Below are positions 49,237-62,545 of a DNA stretch of 64,000 bases, in pieces. Both the position numbers and the translations under genes were made by a program. A model generated the notes under the pieces. It was not told where the DNA came from and ran no database searches. It saw nothing but the letters and a program-made list of their open reading frames with translations. Position 1 is the stretch's first letter; each line of letters starts with the position of its first letter. This stretch comes from Fistulifera solaris (Eukaryota), in NCBI GenBank assembly GCA_030295235.1, contig AP026123.1, forward strand, positions 2,418,001 to 2,482,000. Direction: 5' to 3'.

Positions 49237-50495
49237 ATGATGACGATGCGAAGGCCGTGCGTCCAATTTTCGCTTTACGCCGTTCTTTTGCTTCCATCGC
49301 CGAAGGATGGACCTCAACGCATAGTATGGGCCGGCGGATAAAGCCCATTGCGTTATATTCTGTATCGAAAGACTCCTATGCAAAGCTCAATACGTTGAAT
49401 GGGACATCTCTGGCTGCGGCACAGCTGGAAACGGAATATTATCCGTTTCTTGACGAGAAAGCTACAACGGATTTGCCGTCCGAGAATATTATAGAAAATA
49501 CATCGAAAGACGATGACGAGAACATGAAAAATAATATCAACAAGGCTCGTGCGTTAATTCTTTTGGCAGCTACATTGTATGGAAGTAATTTTCCGCTCGT
49601 TAAAATGATGGGAGAGAATACCCCTCTGTCGGTTGGTATGACCAGCACACTTCGGTTTGGTTTGGCTGCGATCGCGACAAGTCCTTGGCTACTCAACAAT
49701 ATAAACCAAATACGGAAGGAATGGTCGACGGCTCCTGAAGCGGCTGCGATGGTAGCGGGTTTTGAAGTCGGGTTATGGAATTGTGTTGCTTATATTGCAC
49801 AAGCCGTGGGCCTGGAAACGACTCTCGCGAGCAAGTCGGCCTTCTTTTGCAGCATGGCGGTCGTCGTCGTTCCGCTTCTGGATTTCTTCTTCAAAGGCCA
49901 AAAGATTCAAACCAATCAAATTGCCGGTTTGGTTCTGGCGATTGTTGGCGTGGGGGCACTCGAGCTCGGCGACATGGATCTCGCATCGAGGACCCTTTTG
50001 TCGTATGGGGATCTGGTGTCGCTCATACAGCCTCTCGCGTTCGGAATGGCGTTTTGGCGCATGGAGGCAGCCATGCACAAATACCCCAATCAGGCCATGC
50101 GGGCCACCGCTGCTCAGTTGAGTGCTGTGTTTCTGGGTTCAGCAGTATTTGCGACATTTTTCGAAGAAGGTGGACTCGACGTTCCTCTGGTACAATCTAT
50201 TTTAACCGACCCTGTCACCCTCGCACCGCTCCTTTGGACCGGTCTTGTAACGACAGCGCTGACTATTTACATGGAATCGGTCGCAATGAAGACGCTATCC
50301 GCTGCGGAAACGACTCTATTGCTATCCACTGAACCTGTTTCCGGGTCTTTGTTTGCGGCTGCCTTAATGGGAGAGCGCCTTGGTCCGAATGCTATGTTTG
50401 GGTCGGGGTTAATTTTGGTGAGCTGCATTATTTCGACATTAGGCTTTGACAAACTGCAATCTTTCTTGAAACGAGACAAAGCCTCGGGGCCTTAG
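49237..50495 (+). CDS. EamA/DMT family transporter, paralog 2 (signal peptide + transit-like N-terminus)
   Basis: Same core as paralog 1. ATG 49237 plus one frameshift gives MMTMRRPCVQFSLYAVLL(L/A)SIAEG-W. Confidence 0.9.
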
Positions 50496-51664
50496 GCACG
50501 GTAGACAGGGAACTTTTGAATAGAAAATACAAGACATTTTCATGAGCACAGCACGTGATCATCATTTTGTGGGCGCTTGCATTATTTAATTACAATACAG
50601 AGGTAAAGCAATAACAATGAATACTATTACATGTATTGTTGACCATGGTCTTCGGGCCCGATTCTGACCTAGTAGCGATCGATCGCTAGCTTGGTAAGCA
50701 ATAATTGTCGCCATCACAATGAGCAACTGCACTTTTATCTGCAACGTTTTGCAACGTACTTAGACACGTGCCGCATGCCTCAATTATTTATAATGTCGAA
50801 AATCCTTGCGAATTTTAGTAATCGAGACTCACTATACGAATGAAGTGTAGATTACCTTTTTCCACCACGACTGCACTTCAGTCATGAATAACAACTCTTT
50901 GCTACGTACAAAAATCGAGAGGAGTACACTACAGTATGTTCGAAGTCAGATGTCAGCGACTAAGACCACTCACCGTTTGCGAAGTATAGAATCACGTCAC
51001 GTGTGCGTTGCACACTTTTAGTTATTAGTCAAGTCATAGTCTCGTAATAATAGTTCGACGATACCTTAGCCGACCAACAGTGTTATCCTTAACCCTTTTG
51101 GAAATAAAGTCTAGCCGCCTATCCGGCGTCCGCCAAATTCGATTGCAGATCGGCACGCGAGGCAACACGTCGAACTTCGAACCAAATATTCGAAATCGAC
51201 CATGTCTTGAACCAATACCAGGTAAGAGACATACGAGATACGCTGGTAGAGACTTTCTAGATTATGTTTTCAAGAGAGCCTTTAGATTGCGTTTTTCGTC
51301 CGTGACTGCAATCAGCAATTGTGGGTTGTGGGGCTGGGGGATTCTCGAAGTGGGACTCTCTCTTATGTAGCTTTTCAGAAGATGACAAATAATAGCAAAT
51401 AGCAAGGAAAAGGAAAAGGAAAAAGCAGTCAACAGTCGGCATATGCCCCCGTCTTACTTATGGTGAATAATGACGAACTATCAGGGGCAATAGTCCTCCA
51501 GCAGGAAACATGTCTCCCTTACTTGCCACACTTTCTGCTCACATCTCACATTCTTGGGGTCCGAAACGAGCGAAAGCACGCATCGAGCAAAAGATTCATG
51601 TTTGTCATTCGACATCTTATAATTCCATTCAGCAATCATCTTCAATCTTCTTTGCTGTCAAATA

Positions 51665-52863
51665 ATGTGTTTGCCAAGTTCTTGCAACGAGGTACACGAT
51701 ATTGAGGCCGCGTTGGTCCTTCCCATCGACGATGATAAAGAGGATGTAAAAGCCGATGACGAGAAGTTGAACGAGAAATTGAATGGCTCCGACGGCACAA
51801 TAGAGCAACGGCGAAAAGGCGATGTTTACCGAGCTCGGGCACTGATTCTTCTGGTTGCTACACTTTACGGTAGTAACTTCTCTCTTGTGAAAATGATGGG
51901 AGAGGATACTCCTTTGTCGGTCGGTATGACCAGCACGTTACGATTTGGATTAGCCGCTATCGCGACAAGTCCTTGGCTGTTTTCCAACTTTAATCAAATA
52001 CGAATGAAATGGTCGACGTCTCCCGCTTCGGCGGCGATGGTGGCGGGTTTCGAGGTCGGAATATGGAATTGTATCGGCTACATTGCTCAGGCGGTAGGTT
52101 TGAAAACGACATTGGCGAGCAAGTCGGCCTTCTTCTGCAGCATGGCTGTTGTTGTCGTTCCACTCCTCGACTTCTTGTTCAAAGGTCAAACGATCCATTT
52201 CAATCAGATTGCCGGTCTTGTTCTAGCAATTATCGGCGTTGGTGCACTCGAGCTTGGCGACATGGACTTTGCATCAGGGACCCTTTTGTCGTATGGTGAT
52301 CTTGTGTCGCTAATACAGCCGCTAGCATTCGGATTGGGTATTTGGCGCATGGAAACGGCAGTGAGAAAATATCCTAATCAGGCAATGCGGGCAACAGCAG
52401 CACAACTGAGTATTGTATTCCTTGGGTCCGCAATTTTCTGCACTCTTTCTGGAGATGGTGGGTTTGATAGTACGCAGCTAAAAAGCATACTTACAAAACC
52501 TATGGTGCTTGCACCGCTACTCTGGACTGGTCTGATAACGACAGCATTGACTATTTATATGGAATCGGTCGCAATGAAGACTCTTTCGGCAGCGGAGACT
52601 ACTCTTTTACTTTCAACCGAACCCTTTTCCGGATCTTTATTCGCTGTCACTCTTATGGGGGAGCGTCTTGGATCAAATGCTTTGATTGGATCGGGCATGA
52701 TCCTGATCAGCTGCATTGTTTCGACCTTCGACGTATATAAGATCGGATGGCCCTTCAAAAGAACCAAGAAACGACGCATAATAGTTCCAGCGATCTTGTC
52801 ACCCTTCCTTTTCTTGATGGGAGTTGCTCTTCACATGGTGGTAGTTGTAATGAAACAACTTGA
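51665..52863 (+). CDS. EamA/DMT family transporter, paralog 3 (acidic cytosolic N-terminus)
   Basis: Same core. The true C-terminus KNQETT..DLVTLPFLD is recovered via a frameshift near 52758, by homology to paralog 4. Confidence 0.88.
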
Positions 52864-53284
52864 CCTCATAAGATATCTAGAAATAATCTATCCGAAATCG
52901 CTATTTTTTGGAAATTTACCGGCGATCCACCAAAATGAATTGGGAGATAGTTGTTGTCGTAAGGCGTGGCCGCTTTCTCTCTCTTTTTGTCTGTATCACG
53001 TTAGCCGTTAGCATCAAGATCTAGCTCCTAGAGCTCTCTCTCGAATGAATCAGCTTACCTTAGTCTCTGATTTCAGCCGATGCAAGACAAATTAAAAAGT
53101 GGGCAATAATAAAATGGTTTCTCCGCTCGACTTTTTCGATATTTTGCTTTTAGCGAGGAACGTGGCCGATATTAGAAGCAAGTCACGAGTATAAGACCGT
53201 CATTTCGCGAAGTGGGACTCCAATCTCCAACGTAGAAACGTAGTCAACGCTCATCGCGCGCATTTACTTATTAGTAGGTTGTAG

Positions 53285-53540
53285 GCGGACAAAGGACAAA
53301 GGTTTTCGGTTTTCAGCATGTATAAAAGACAAAACCTTATTCCTTATTCCCTTTGCCCTTTACACCCTACAATTTCAGATTGTTAGCCTGTTAGCCTGCG
53401 TTCGGAGTTCGGAGTTCCGAGTTCCTCTGAGCTCTGAGTTGATAGTTCGGAGTTCGGACGTTTTTGGCAGGATGCACAGCTGCACATGAATCGGGCTTAC
53501 TAGGTACGGTACCGTTTATATTTTAGATTTTAGATTATTC
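53285..53540. repeat. Cluster of short (7-8 bp) tandem duplications
   Basis: ggacaaa x2, ccttatt x2, tgttagcc x2, gttcgga/gttccga x3+2, ttttaga x2. Confidence 0.7.
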
Positions 53541-53870
53541 ATGGGCTGCTCGCTGCACCTTGACATTTGATATGCCCTTTACAGGTTACAGAGAACACCG
53601 CAACAACACAAATATTATGTAATGCATTACAATGAGCGAATCGCTCTTCATAAAGTGCCAATGCCAATAGCCAACAACCAACAACGACTGAATTCAAGCG
53701 GGCATAATTAGTGTTTAAGTCAAAAGGATCCTCCAAGTTGGATCCTCCACGCGCTCACATTGAAACCCAAGAAGAAAACCAGCCAAGATGCCATTATTTT
53801 GTTTACTGTTTTGCCGCAAATCCACCACACCACAACATTTGTCGTCTATTACTTCTCTATCATCAAAAAG

Positions 53871-55026
53871 ATGTGTTTACCAAACTCTTACGACATTAAC
53901 CCCGATATCGAGGCCGCATTGGGTCTTGCACTAAATGAAGATAAAGATACCTCGCTAGACGAAGAAGAGCTCCATGAGAAAGCCATTGGCTCTGTTGAAA
54001 CTAGCGAGCAGCCCAAGAAGAGCGACATATACAAAGCTCGTGCGCTCATTTTACTTGTCGCTACGCTGTACGGAACCAACTTCCCTCTTGTGAAAATGAT
54101 GGGGAGAATCTTCCACTGTCCGTCGGAATGACAAGCACTTTGCGATTCGGATTGTCAGCTATGGTAACTAGCCCATGGCTATTTTCCAACTTCAATCAAA
54201 TAATAAGGACCTGGTCAACATCCACCGAGGCTGCTGCAATGGTAGCCGGTTTTGAGATTGGATTGTGGAACCTTCTGGCGTACACCACGCAAGCTGTTGG
54301 CTTGAAAACAACGCTTGCGAGTAAATCTGCCTTCTTCTGCAGTTTGGCCGTCGTCGTGGTTCCTCTCCTTGACTTTCTCTTCAAAGGACGCACCATAAAA
54401 TTGAATCAGATCGTCGGTCTAGTACTGGCGATTGTTGGTGTCGGTGTACTCGAACTTGGGGACATGGACATTGCGACAGGAACGCTATTTTCCCGAGGTG
54501 ACCTTATCAGTTTGATTCAGGCTTTCGCCTTCGGAATGGGCATCTGGCGCATGGAAGCAGCCATGCAAAAGTATCCCAATCATGCGTTGCGCGCCACTGC
54601 GGCACAACAAAGTGCAGTCTTTTGGGATCCGCACTCTTTGCCACTGTATCTAGAGACCACGGAATTGATCGTTCGCATCTGGAAACCTTGATTACCAATC
54701 CTATGCTGCTCGCGCCAATCCTCTGGACTGGAATCGTAACGACGGCGTTGTGCAAATATATGGAGACAGTGGCGATTAAGAGCTTGGCGGCAGCAGAAAC
54801 GACTCTTTTTCTTTCAACTGAACCTGTTTCTGGGTCTCTATTTGCTGCTGTCCTGATGGGGGAGCGCTTTGGTTTGAACGCAATGATCGGCTCGGGGCTC
54901 ATTTTGGTGAGCTGCATCACGTCCACTTCAGGCTTTGATAGACTCCAGTCCATCTTAGAAAAGAATCAAGAGAAGACGGTTGATGGGCTAGAAGATGTGG
55001 CTACAGTTCCCTTTATTGATGCTTGA
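53871..55026 (+). CDS. EamA/DMT family transporter, paralog 4 (acidic cytosolic N-terminus)
   Basis: MCLPNS..DIEAAL start and the same core. Frameshifts near 54105 and 54620. Confidence 0.88.
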
Positions 55027-55106
55027 TCCAACACGCGTAATATCGGGCGTGTCTACTGTTATCGCCAATATGACGGCGATTGTTTTTCTAGTGTACAATT
55101 AATTTC

Positions 55107-58100
55107 ATGAGTAAAGCGATGCTTGTTTCATAGCCAGACGTTCTTGCATCGTCGTCAAGCTCTCGTTATTAAAGTAAAGCTTGTTTCTCGGCCATTCTCT
55201 TTTCTAGTTCCTCTATTTGCAACGAAATGTCGTCTTTGGTTTGGTTCAAAGCTTTCTGAATGAACATCTCCATGTAATGAATCCGTCCATTCCACTCATC
55301 CCCCCTCTGCGTCCTTTGTATCGATCTCTTTTACACCGGCAACGGACACTTCTCGTACGCCGAAAATATACCATGCACCTATCCCAACAAGAAAGTTCGA
55401 TATGCGCTGCAAAATATTGAAAAGGGCCTTCGTCCAACCGGGTGTGAATTCGTCCACGATCTTCTCAAAAGCGAAAATTGTCATTATCAGCAGACCAGCT
55501 GACAGCAGGACGAAAAGAACTACCGCAACAATGAGATTGAAGTAATCTTGTCGCCTGTCGACAGCAACAATTGCACGCGAAGCGTGAAAGATTTCTGCGT
55601 TCAAGGCCGTTGATATCATTGATATAAGAACCAACCAACGTCCGAAATAAAATAGAGTAAAGAAAACTTTTGTCGCCGACCCCACCTCGTTCTTCATGGG
55701 CTTCATGCCGGGACGAAGAAAGGCTTCAAGAGCTTCATTCATAGCTACAAATTCTACTCTTGCTCGGCCAAATAGGTTGCGGCCACTGATTTTTGCACGT
55801 TCGTACGAGTCGTCAATTACAGCGATCAAGACGTTCAACAGAATAACCACTCCAACAATTGTGAAGAGAAAGAACAAGTAAATCATGCCATTGGTCGCTT
55901 TGTAAGCATCAAGGTCAAAATCCCCGAGCAAAGGGCGTAGATTCGTAAGTACGCTGCCATCTGGTTGGACGAGCAAAAATCGGCTAACGTTTCGTCGAGA
56001 TCGTCTGGGTTTGAATCGCAAAATGTCCCATTGTCCTTTGTGGCCACGGCAATACTGATCATCATTATTGTCAGCATCAGATCTAGGATCAACGAGTGCA
56101 AAAGTGTTTAAGTAAACTTACCTCATCATATCGCCTATCATGAAAATGATAACAAACAAGACAATTGCGAAATACTTCAAATCGCGCAAAATCTTCGTCA
56201 CGGCCATGACGAAAGTTGACATGTGTTTGTTCACCACTTTTAGTATACCAAGCACTTTCAACCAGAGCAGACCGACCACGGCCGCATTGAATCCATTGCG
56301 GTACTCGCCAGGGTTCCGCTTATTCCATGATATTGCACACAGCGTCAAAATGACAGTTAAGAAGTCCAAAATAGTCCACATGTTTGCCACGTATGCTCGG
56401 AATACAGTCGGTGAAAAGTTAAACAACGCCATCGCTTCTGCGCCCTTTCGTATGATATAAAATGTGCAAATGAAAAGAGCCACTTGCGCAGGAATGGCCT
56501 CGCCCACAGCGGATGACGCGTTTCCTGTACTTTGGAGACCAACACTTGTTCGAACAGCCTAACAGGAAGCAGAAGAAAATGAAAGTTTCATTGGATTTTT
56601 CAAGGGTAGCAAAGCAAAAATGATAAAACTTACCAGCATGAGAGTGATATGCAATACGATATCAACCAGCATTAACCCAACAACAAAAGGTCTGGTTAAA
56701 TTTCTGTTCATAAGATGCCAAACGGCGTTTGATGTTGCCGCTCGCTCGACATCTTTGATGTCAAGCACAACTAGCGACGCGATAGTGCCCTTCAGTCGTT
56801 CCAACTGTGCAAATGTCTCCTGGCGCAGGTTCTCGCACTCATGTAAGTCTTCCCCGTGACGCTTCGAAATCCGCCGGTTAAGTCGGTGCTGCTTGCTTTT
56901 GAAATAATCAAGATGCTAAAGACAACAGTCAATTGTTGCGATGTTAAATAATCAAGACAGCGTGCTACTTACAAATCAACAGCGCGCTTCGCTGGTGTCC
57001 CCTGTTTCCTAAGCATGTTTGTCAACCATTGGCCAATTGATTCTGGTACAAGACGCAACCGATGAAACAAAGGCATTTCAAGTATTGCATTTCTCAGGTT
57101 GTTGTCATCAATGAGCAAAATAGTCTTCCACAAGAATGGCAAGCATTTTATCAAATGAGATGCGTACTGTGAGCGGGCTTCTTGATCGAGATTCAATAGG
57201 ACGCGATGCTGACTACTTTGCGAAGAGCTATCGCTAGTTCCTCCAGTGCTTTTATCTCCCGCTTCTTCTTCGTCAATGTCACCTTCATATTTGATCTTTC
57301 GCACACCTCCGTTTTTCCCGGCCTAATCGAGGGACAAACATATTAGTGATAAGAGACGAAAAAAGCTTTCATTTTCTTTGCCTTCAACCGTGCACCGCAG
57401 TTCCAACAAAGAGGAGTCTCCGTATAGTTCATTACTCTCCACGCACTACTCACCAGCTGATCGAATATCTCTGAAATCATTTCAAATGCAAAATACACTT
57501 CATCCCACACCTACAGAAAAAGCATTAGATCAATCACTTTTCTGAAAGGAGATTAGAACCACAATAATCACTCACCTTAACTTGTGGGTATAAGCGCGCA
57601 GCCTTAGGTGATGGACCTCGGCCTACACCATCGTTCGACTCGTGGAATAAGCTGTCGACACGAATGAATTTCTCATCGACATACTTCATCATATGTTTCG
57701 CACCCGCGAGAGCTGTCCGTGTTGCTCCCGCTGTGACTTGGGCTGCAGCCCGAGTTACATGATTTACGCTCATCCGCCGAGAATTACCCTGTTGCTGATC
57801 GGCACCGTGCTCCTCACTGAGACTAAAGAAATTTGTGACATCGGCGCGTCTCCTCAACCGATCTTGCTCCTCAGAATCATACACCCACGTGCACCAATCT
57901 TCGATAAGAGTCACGAATGGCATTCTATCCATACTATCCTTGCTCGTCATGGCTTCTGGATATATTTGGATGAGACGCGCAATCACGGCAATGACTGTGA
58001 AACGACCTTGTGGATCGAGAAAAAGGGCATCATTATCCGCCAAAACGTGCAATGGCGACCTGCCCCGACTATCTAGAACCGCCGCGTCACCTGGTCTTTC

Positions 58101-59281
58101 GTCAAGCTCTAGTTCCACATCTTCATAGTTAATGCTAGAGGCCGCGCACAGTGCATGCAACTTCGTCGGAGGACCGAGCATCTTGACCATGTCCGGTTCA
58201 GAAGCGTTACTATTCGGGCTCTTGTCGGAAAGGTCCCTGCTACTGATATGATTGATCACTTTCATTATAGCTGGTGACGGTACAAGCTTTCCAGACTCAT
58301 TGCACCAATTTTCGCTTGAATCGTTGGCCGGATAAAAATAGCTGCGCATGAGAACTCTAGCTTCACGAATATGTTGCGGGATGATTGATTTGCGAAGAAA
58401 GAGCCCAGATAGACCTTTACTTTGACTTTTTTGCATGGCTGGTTTCTTTAAGCTTTTCAGAGGACTTTGAAAATCCCACGGATTGTACGACTTTGAATTA
58501 TTGATCGAGGGCGATATTGTGGAGGGAGACGATGTCCTTTTCGCAAAATTTGACTTGGATTTGACCGAAACCATACTTCCGCTACTGCTATGAGCGTGGT
58601 TTAGTTTGTTTTCCAAGGTCGAGTCTATTCGTGGCGGAAGATCGAGACTTTCAGAGCGCTTCGTTTCAGAAAGTTGTATTTGTTCTGGTTGCCGGAAGAG
58701 GGGAGTGCCACTGCCAAATTTACCAGACTGAGATGCGTTTCCTTCTGAGAGATCTTCCTGACTATGAATCTCATTGATAGAGAGTACTTTCGACAGGTCT
58801 TCCTGTTGGTGTTGCTCGGTTGCTGCCTTTTCTCGAGGCTCCGCTTGCAATGCAATTTTCCGTAAAGATACTCTTCCCGAAAAGTTTTTAATTTCTGCAG
58901 CAAAATGGTACACGTCTTGGTCTTGGTCCGTCAGTGAAGAAAGTATGATCTCAGGCGTGACGTTGTTGTCCTCGGAAATGAATTCGAGCTCATAGTCGTC
59001 TGCGACAGGCAACGCAAAGACATTCATTACTAGTTGGCCACCGTCAAACGCCCTCACACGCCCTCAAAAACCCTTTGGCGTTGCGCCTTTGTCTCGTTCG
59101 GCCGCCAGAATACGAAGATTTTTAACAGTCGAAAATTGATTGTTGCTTCTGGATGATGAATAACACTATTACTGTCGGTAGTCGACTCGCTTATGTAGCC
59201 AATGCATTCCTTTGACTTCGACACTGCAGTGTTTTCGTTGTCATGTTGACGGATGAGTCGTGGGTCATGGAAAGATCCCAA
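55107..59281 (-). CDS. TRP/polycystin-like cation channel with ankyrin-like N-terminal repeats (multi-exon; ends approximate)
   Basis: GRSPLHVLA ankyrin-like motif, S3 WTILDFLT, S4-S5 WLKVLGILK..NKHMSTFV.AV.KILRDL, pore LLGDFD, S6 FTIVGVVILLNVLIAVIDDSYE, and C-terminal EWNGRIHYME. Several GT-AG introns between 56070 and 57575. Confidence 0.85.
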
Positions 59282-60056
59282 GTCACGAATAAGTAGTCAT
59301 CACAGTGACGTACCGTGTCGTCACCACGGACCTCCTGACACTCCCTCTACTCTTTGTATATATAGAGTGACGAGAGAGGATGACGTATGATCCCAAGTAT
59401 TTAAGCTCGTGGGACTGAAAACTGGAATCAATCTTACCAAATACTTCGGAGTATAAATTCAATGGCCTTTTAATGGTTAGATTCCCCTCTACATTCTCAG
59501 CTACAGTGCTTTGACTACAGAACAAATGGAATAATGTTTGGGTTGACCGTTGTGAGATCTTGATAGCATTTTTTCCAATTCAAGTTTTGGCCATACGAGA
59601 AATTCAGAACGGCTTTGAACATTAGAGAGAGAACCATCACGGGACAAGAATAAACGAAAAACTTAGTGCGCTCCAGTATAACCTGAACTGTAGGATGGCC
59701 GGCGGTCCAGCTTCGCCGCAGGAGAGTTCGTACACCGCTGAACAGCGCCGCGGTATTTTCGATCACACTTGCGTTGTCGAACTGTGGCTCGCATTACGTT
59801 GTTGTGAGTTGCTTCTTCTTTTCCTTTGTTGCCTTATTTCTTGTTTCGAATTGAATTTGGGTCTCTCGTTCTCGTCTCATCATTTCAATCCATCTACCCC
59901 ATCACGATTTTATCCCGCGCGAGGAACGAAATCTCACGCAATATCGAGTAGTGTCGAACGATTGATTACTCTTCGACGGAACGATTCGACGTGTGTCAGC
60001 ACCCTGCTTGGTTCTTTGAACATCGACAAGGATTCATTCGATTTGTTTGTGTAAAT

Positions 60057-62545
60057 ATGCCAGCCAATGACAATGAAGTAATCGATGAGCCCAGTGAAGT
60101 GGTACGTCAAATTCATTGATTATCGAGAGAGAAGATGTTGTGCTTGTAATGACCGTGTGGCTACTTCGCCGCGGCGGTCTTTGTATTTATACCTTTGATT
60201 TACCTTTTACTCATCCAAGAAATTGGCACTTTTCTTTCCGTCAGGACGTATTATGTGGGCGTGGAGGAATGAGCAATCATCATCCGTAGTAAGTTTTATT
60301 TCAGCAATAATTTTTTTTTGGAAGGATGAACGCTGACACTCTTCTCGTTTTTCTTCACCGCAGAGTTGAAATTGTTTTTGAGGCCTGCCCGGAATGTTTA
60401 CGAGTGTTTTCTCATCTCTTTTCTTAACGCAGGGGCAATGAATGGTATCGCAGATTGATTCGTTCGAATCGACCGTTGTATCGGGCGTGCCCGAAACATA
60501 CTAAGTTACTAGTGAGCAAAGCGATCGTACAAGCGGTCGAGCAGCAGGGTGGGCGGTTTCTAGACCGCGATAAATCGAATGGAAAATGGCACAAAGTGTC
60601 GTACAAACGAGCGGTCGACAAAACGTCGCAAGGTTTACGCGAACGAGACCGAGACGATGACGCCAGTGGAGATGACGATGAAGAAAATGGTGCCGATCCG
60701 GTCACGGTTCCGGAATCCTTCAGTGGTCGCAATGCTAAGGTGAATTTGAATGAACTTGCGAGTGTGGCTATTCAGCACGCGAACAGCGGGGTAGTTCGGG
60801 CGCCTTCGGCTCATTTATCGGCTCCGCAGTTTGCCGGTCCGTACAATCCCATGATGGCACGACAGTCAATGGAAGCGATGATGAGTCCAGAAATGCAGCA
60901 ACAACGAGTCATGAGTGCAGCTTTGAAGCAACAAAGAATGGCTGAATTCAATGATGATATGAACCCTCTTCCACCGGGGTTGGCGATGCGTCAGTCTTCC
61001 ATGTTCCAGATGCTCAAACACGTTCAGCTTTTACCAGGGGTCAGTGATATCGGTCAAGCTGCTCGACAACAACCAGGGCAACTGCCTTTTCCAACGAAAT
61101 TGAACAACTTGCCCGAGGAAGGAAAACAAAAGAGGAAAAGAAGTCTCATCGATGACGGCGACGAAGAGGATGGCGCCCGATCCTTCAACGGCCAAACGGC
61201 GGCTGCCAATCAAATGCTGCAGTCGAGGCTTAACACGTCAAGTCTTGGGAATTTGCCCGTTAGTGCCAGTCAACCTCCTTTGCTTCAACCGGGCATTTCC
61301 TCACAGCTCCTGCAGAGTTTCGGCACACCGGCTTTTCCTTCGTTTCAATCCATTCCGAGTCTCGGAGGCAATCAGCTGAGGTCTCAGCAATTGAACAGCA
61401 CGCAATTCGGACAATCGCAGCTATTGCAACAGATGAATCAAAACTCACAAGCTCAATTGATGAATCAGATGCAGCTTCAGCAACAAATGAATCAGGGGAC
61501 GGTGAACCAAGCACTGCAGCTCAAGCAAGCGCAATTACAGCAACAGCTGAATCAGGGACAGTTTCCTTTTCAAGGCTCAATGAACCAGCAATTCGGTCAA
61601 GGTCAAATGATGAATCATCTTCAGTTACAACAGCAGATGAATAGTAATCAATTGCAATTGATGAATCAGCTCCAGCGTCAATCCAGCGGCGGATTGTCTC
61701 GTCTTTCAAGTGCACAGAACATGCCAGCTCCACCATTGGGTGTCCAGAGACTGCCTTCTCAAATGGGTTTTCAGTCGTTTAATCCCAGTGGAATGAACAC
61801 GGCTGTAGGTCTACAAGATGATCCATTAAACGCTCCTTCTTTTACTCGCCTGAAGACTCAAGTGTCGGACTGGTTGAAAAATTCGTTTTGGCCTGTCGGC
61901 TCAAATCCACCTACAGCACAGCAACAAGCCGAGCTGCAGCAACAACCGATTGGCGGCGGTGATGGCCAGAATGAGGCGAAAGAAATGAGTCAGCAACTGG
62001 CTGTGAACACGGCTACTGCAATCGCAAAAATGATTCCGCCTCCGAATCCGGGTGCTATGCAAGATCGCAAAGGTGCTAAACGGCAGAAATTCGGGTCCGA
62101 CAATGGATCCGTCGGAGACCGGCAGACACCCATTATTACCACCGTTCCACCTCCTGGTCCTCAGCGATCGATTCAAATCAACACCATACCGCCAATCAGC
62201 AGCAAGAGCAAGCAGCCGAACAGCAAGTCGAAGCAAAAAGTGCTGTCCGAGACAGAGGAGGAAGCCGCTGCCGCCATGACATCCGAAGTAGAGCGAAGTG
62301 TTTCAGCGTCGCTTCTGACCTTGGCTTCTACCCCCACTGGTTTATTCAAAGGTCTTTCAACCTTGTTCAGCAATCCTAGTACTAGCGTTGTCATGGGAGC
62401 CCAGCCGATACCACCCATTGAACAAGCGCGGCCTCCGTCGCCCGATTTTCCCGCCGCGGGTTTGAAGAAATCAAAGAAGAGTTTGTTAGACGATGACGAC
62501 GATGAGCGCCCTGAAGAAGCACGTCTTCGCACTGTACCCTGGTAG
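60057..62545 (+). CDS. DUF6824 (diatom-expanded putative DNA-binding) protein with Q/M/N-rich low-complexity region
   Basis: Exons 60057-60101, 60245-60285 and 60433-62545 give IDEPSEVDVLCGRGGMSNHHPGNEWYRRLI...KAIVQAV..GGRFL..W..V...A.DKTSQGLRE. Confidence 0.85.

Noticed and set aside
48769..49341. 190-aa ORF between the fucosyltransferase-like gene and EamA paralog 2
   Set aside because: No recognisable motifs and a non-ATG start. Only its last ~35 codons are meaningful, as the frameshifted signal peptide of paralog 2.
52760..53011. Extra C-terminal TM extension on EamA paralog 3, as given in the ORF track
   Set aside because: The alternative frame matches the paralog 4 C-terminus and stops at 52863, so the extension is a frameshift artefact.
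59283..60054. Short ORFs between the TRP channel and the DUF6824 gene
   Set aside because: No homology cues. Probably the divergent promoter/UTR region, although upstream channel exons cannot be excluded.
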